Source: an uncultured Candidatus Saccharibacteria bacterium
GTDB lineage: Bacteria; Patescibacteriota; Saccharimonadia; Saccharimonadales; Saccharimonadaceae
Assembly (NCBI GenBank): GCA_964485445.1
Contig: CAZAJJ010000006.1
Coordinates: 3,321 to 67,320 of the forward strand
Direction of reading: 5' to 3'
Length of the DNA: 64,000 nt
The number at the start of each line of letters is the position of its first letter. Position 1 is the stretch's first letter. The position numbers and the translations under genes are program-made. This document shows positions 61,701 through 64,000 of this stretch, in pieces. The notes below the pieces were generated by a model that was not told the origin of the DNA, ran no database searches, and saw nothing but the letters and a program-made list of their open reading frames with translations.

Positions 61701-63014
61701 TTATTTTAGCATGTTCTTTCTTTTTAATAAAGTGTGATAGGTGATAGCAAAACGATGCGCTTCATCATCGATACGAGCGATCAGTTTGGCGATATGAGAA
61801 TCGGGAGCCAGCAAAACTGAGCGATAATTATCAGCATCGGGAATGATAATACGGACTGCGGCGTTGCGAGTGTGGTCGCCAGATTTATCGCGACCAATTA
61901 CAGCAATATTATGGGCTAGAAGTAAATCTTTAACTCCGCTAAGTTGTGGAATTCCGCCATCCAAAATGACTAAATCTGGAAAATCCCATTCTTGATGCTT
62001 CAGACGGCGTTCGATAACTTCGCGAAGATTAGCAGCATCGTCGTTTTTTTGATGACGAAGTTTGAACTTGCGATATTCAGCACGATCAGACGCGCCGTTA
62101 ATGAAAACTACCATCGAACCCACGACGTTGGTGCCGGATTGATGGGAAATATCATAACCTTCAATACGACGAGGCGGCTCAGGGAGACGCAAAAGTTTTT
62201 GGAGATCAGTTAGAGCTTGATCGGAAGAGATGTCAAGGAATTCTTTGTCGGAAAAAACAATTTTCTTTTGGAGTTCTTTAAGGCCAAAAAGTTGCTGACG
62301 AGCCTCAGCGGCTTCTTCAAAACGTTCTTCGCGAGCGGCAGTCAGCATTTGCTTTTCGAGATCTTTGATTAGACGGTGACGACCGCCTTCGAGATAAAGA
62401 ATAAGTTTGCGCAGATTCTTTTTATATTCCTGCGGAGTACTACGCCCGACTTCGATACCAGGAGTAAGTCCTAGGTCGGTATTTAAAGTTTTTTTGCCGT
62501 CATAGGGTTTATCGTAATAGGGAAAAACTTTGCGCAAAATGCGGAGAGCCTTAGCGACTGAAAGTTTGCCGTAAAAAGGACCGACATAGGTAGCCTTGTC
62601 GTCTTGTGGCGTACGCGTAAAACTAACGTAAGGAACTTCTGACTTAAGATCGATGCGGACATAAGAAACGGTTTTATCATCGCGGAGTAAAATATTCCAC
62701 TTCGGCTTATAGCGCTTAATCATTTCGGATTCAAGAAAGAGAGCATCCATTTCCGTATCAACCACAATCCAATCAGTATCGGCGATTTCACGAACCAAGG
62801 CAGCAGTTTTGATATCTTTATTCGATTTATGAAAATACTGACGCACACGATTTTTCAAAACGGCAGCTTTGCCAACGTAAATAACTTCGCCCTTACTATC
62901 TTTATGAAAATAAACTCCAGGCGCCGCAGGCAAGGTTTTTAATTTCTGCAAAAGTTGATCGCGCATAGCGGGCGTGACGCTAGCATCAAGATCATATTTT
63001 TGGCCGTTATTCAT
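61701..63014 (-). CDS. uvrC: Excinuclease ABC subunit C (short form, 437 aa)
   Basis: GIY-YIG module (PGVYFHKDSKGEVIYVGKA...NRV) and RNase H-like endonuclease region (RIEGYDISHQSG). No C-terminal (HhH)2 region. Confidence 0.85.
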   Translation of the reverse strand: MNNGQKYDLDASVTPAMRDQLLQKLKTLPAAPGVYFHKDSKGEVIYVGKAAVLKNRVRQYFHKSNKDIKTAALVREIADTDWIVVDTEMDALFLESEMIKRYKPKWNILLRDDKTVSYVRIDLKSEVPYVSFTRTPQDDKATYVGPFYGKLSVAKALRILRKVFPYYDKPYDGKKTLNTDLGLTPGIEVGRSTPQEYKKNLRKLILYLEGGRHRLIKDLEKQMLTAAREERFEEAAEARQQLFGLKELQKKIVFSDKEFLDISSDQALTDLQKLLRLPEPPRRIEGYDISHQSGTNVVGSMVVFINGASDRAEYRKFKLRHQKNDDAANLREVIERRLKHQEWDFPDLVILDGGIPQLSGVKDLLLAHNIAVIGRDKSGDHTRNAAVRIIIPDADNYRSVLLAPDSHIAKLIARIDDEAHRFAITYHTLLKRKNMLK

Positions 63015-63071
63015 ATTTATATTATACTATAAAAACGGAATAAAGAAAGTTCAACTCAAGTGTTGCTGGCT

Positions 63072-63503
63072 TTATTTAATTTCGAGATTAGTGGATTGAT
63101 AATTTTGGTAAAGGCGAGCCGAAGTGGCGGTAATTTTAATGACACAGTAATTAGGATCGGTATTATTTTCATAGAAAATAGTATCCATGTCGCGCCAAAT
63201 CTCATCCTTAACGGCCTGATCGTAGATAATTTCGGCAGTGCCAGAAAAAGCAATACCGCGATAAAGCGGGCGATCATAAAAGTAGAGTCCGCAGCGAGGA
63301 TTAGCAAGCAGGGCTTGGACTTTTTCGGAGACGGAATTCGTAGTCAGGTAAAATTCTTTAATCCCCTGGCGCTTACGGGGGTTGAGCATGGTACGAGTCG
63401 TGGGAAAACCTTGGTCGTTAATAAAACTGAGAAAACAGACTTCCTGGCGATCAATGAGTTGTTCAATTATAGTGATGTCGTCTGGGTGATTAGTATTATC
63501 CAT
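63072..63503 (-). CDS. Pyridoxamine 5'-phosphate oxidase-family FMN-binding protein
   Basis: 143 aa with a general-stress-protein-26-like pattern (CFLSFINDQGFPTTRTM...YRGIAFSGTAEII). Confidence 0.65.
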   Translation of the reverse strand: MDNTNHPDDITIIEQLIDRQEVCFLSFINDQGFPTTRTMLNPRKRQGIKEFYLTTNSVSEKVQALLANPRCGLYFYDRPLYRGIAFSGTAEIIYDQAVKDEIWRDMDTIFYENNTDPNYCVIKITATSARLYQNYQSTNLEIK

Positions 63504-63566
63504 GAATATTTTCCTTTTACTTAATAATATTATACTGCAAATAACTAAAAGTTGCTTTTTGCGAAT

Positions 63567-64000
63567 CTAAACACAAGGTTTAATCGGATAGCGGATGATA
63601 GTTTTGAGGTGATCAACTTGGCAGCGGCGAGGGTCACTGAGATAGACCTCATGATGATAACGCGGATTTTGAAGATCAAACTCATAGTGGTTCTGATGAG
63701 CAAATTGACGCATGGCGGCGATCGTAGTGGGCTCATTATCATAACTACCGATGTGAAGACATTGAACGCATAAGCCTTCAGAGTAGGGCAAGAACTCAAC
63801 GGCAGAAAAATCTTGATGCTTTTTCTCGCTAGCGGTTTGAATCGCCCAGTCAAAAACCGACTGGGTGACAAAATCGGGAAGGCGGATAAGGGAAATAAAA
63901 TTGAATTGGTCTTTTTGACGATAATCAACTTCCGTTTTGCCGTCCTGCCACCAAAAACCTTCTAAGGGTGGAACCACAAAATCAGAATAATTCGGAACCT
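63567..64000 (-). CDS. GyrI-like small-molecule-binding domain protein (C-terminal part; probably starts beyond the window end)
   Basis: PPLEGFWWQD and CLHIGSYD patterns. The reading frame is open to the window edge. Confidence 0.55.
   Translation of the reverse strand, partial: VPNYSDFVVPPLEGFWWQDGKTEVDYRQKDQFNFISLIRLPDFVTQSVFDWAIQTASEKKHQDFSAVEFLPYSEGLCVQCLHIGSYDNEPTTIAAMRQFAHQNHYEFDLQNPRYHHEVYLSDPRRCQVDHLKTIIRYPIKPCV

Noticed and set aside
1-64000. An alternative genetic code (for example UGA recoding, as in some CPR lineages).
   Set aside because: All conserved genes are full-length under the standard code, and TGA is used as a stop (for example the ATGA overlaps at 35236-35239 and 55864-55867).

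Overview
The window reads as a gene-dense chromosomal segment from a small-genome bacterium. Shortened AlaRS and UvrC, many membrane or secreted hypothetical proteins and low-complexity inserts in core enzymes suggest a CPR/Patescibacteria (Saccharibacteria-like) lineage; this is inference only. About 55 protein genes are present, roughly 85% on the minus strand, plus one tRNA-Leu(GAG). Housekeeping genes include uvrA, sbcB, trxB, pheST, metG, rsmA, pcrA/uvrD, alaS, mnmA with a cysteine desulfurase, tatD, typA, murC, aspS, secG and uvrC. Promoters are easy to read as TTGAC(A/T)-N17-TGnTAtAAT, and many sit 6-8 nt from the ATG, implying leaderless mRNAs. The main findings are: (1) at 1191-2552, a tyrosine recombinase lies between perfect 156-bp inverted repeats, and a consensus promoter is assembled across only one repeat junction. 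This looks like an invertible switch choosing between two paralogous secreted surface proteins. (2) At 42.1-48.9 kb, an AT-rich island directly follows tRNA-Leu. It holds a tightly overlapped 4-gene operon (methyltransferase-like protein lacking the NPPY motif, N6-adenine methyltransferase, unknown 181-aa protein, T5orf172/GIY-YIG-like + SF2 helicase fusion) followed by an AbiH-like gene. (3) Short hairpin-forming repeats with compensatory substitutions are inserted in frame in uvrA, typA, tatD and a small ORF, and one copy is intergenic. (4) Several candidate small RNAs, orphan promoters and structured leaders are present. No rRNA or CRISPR array was seen.
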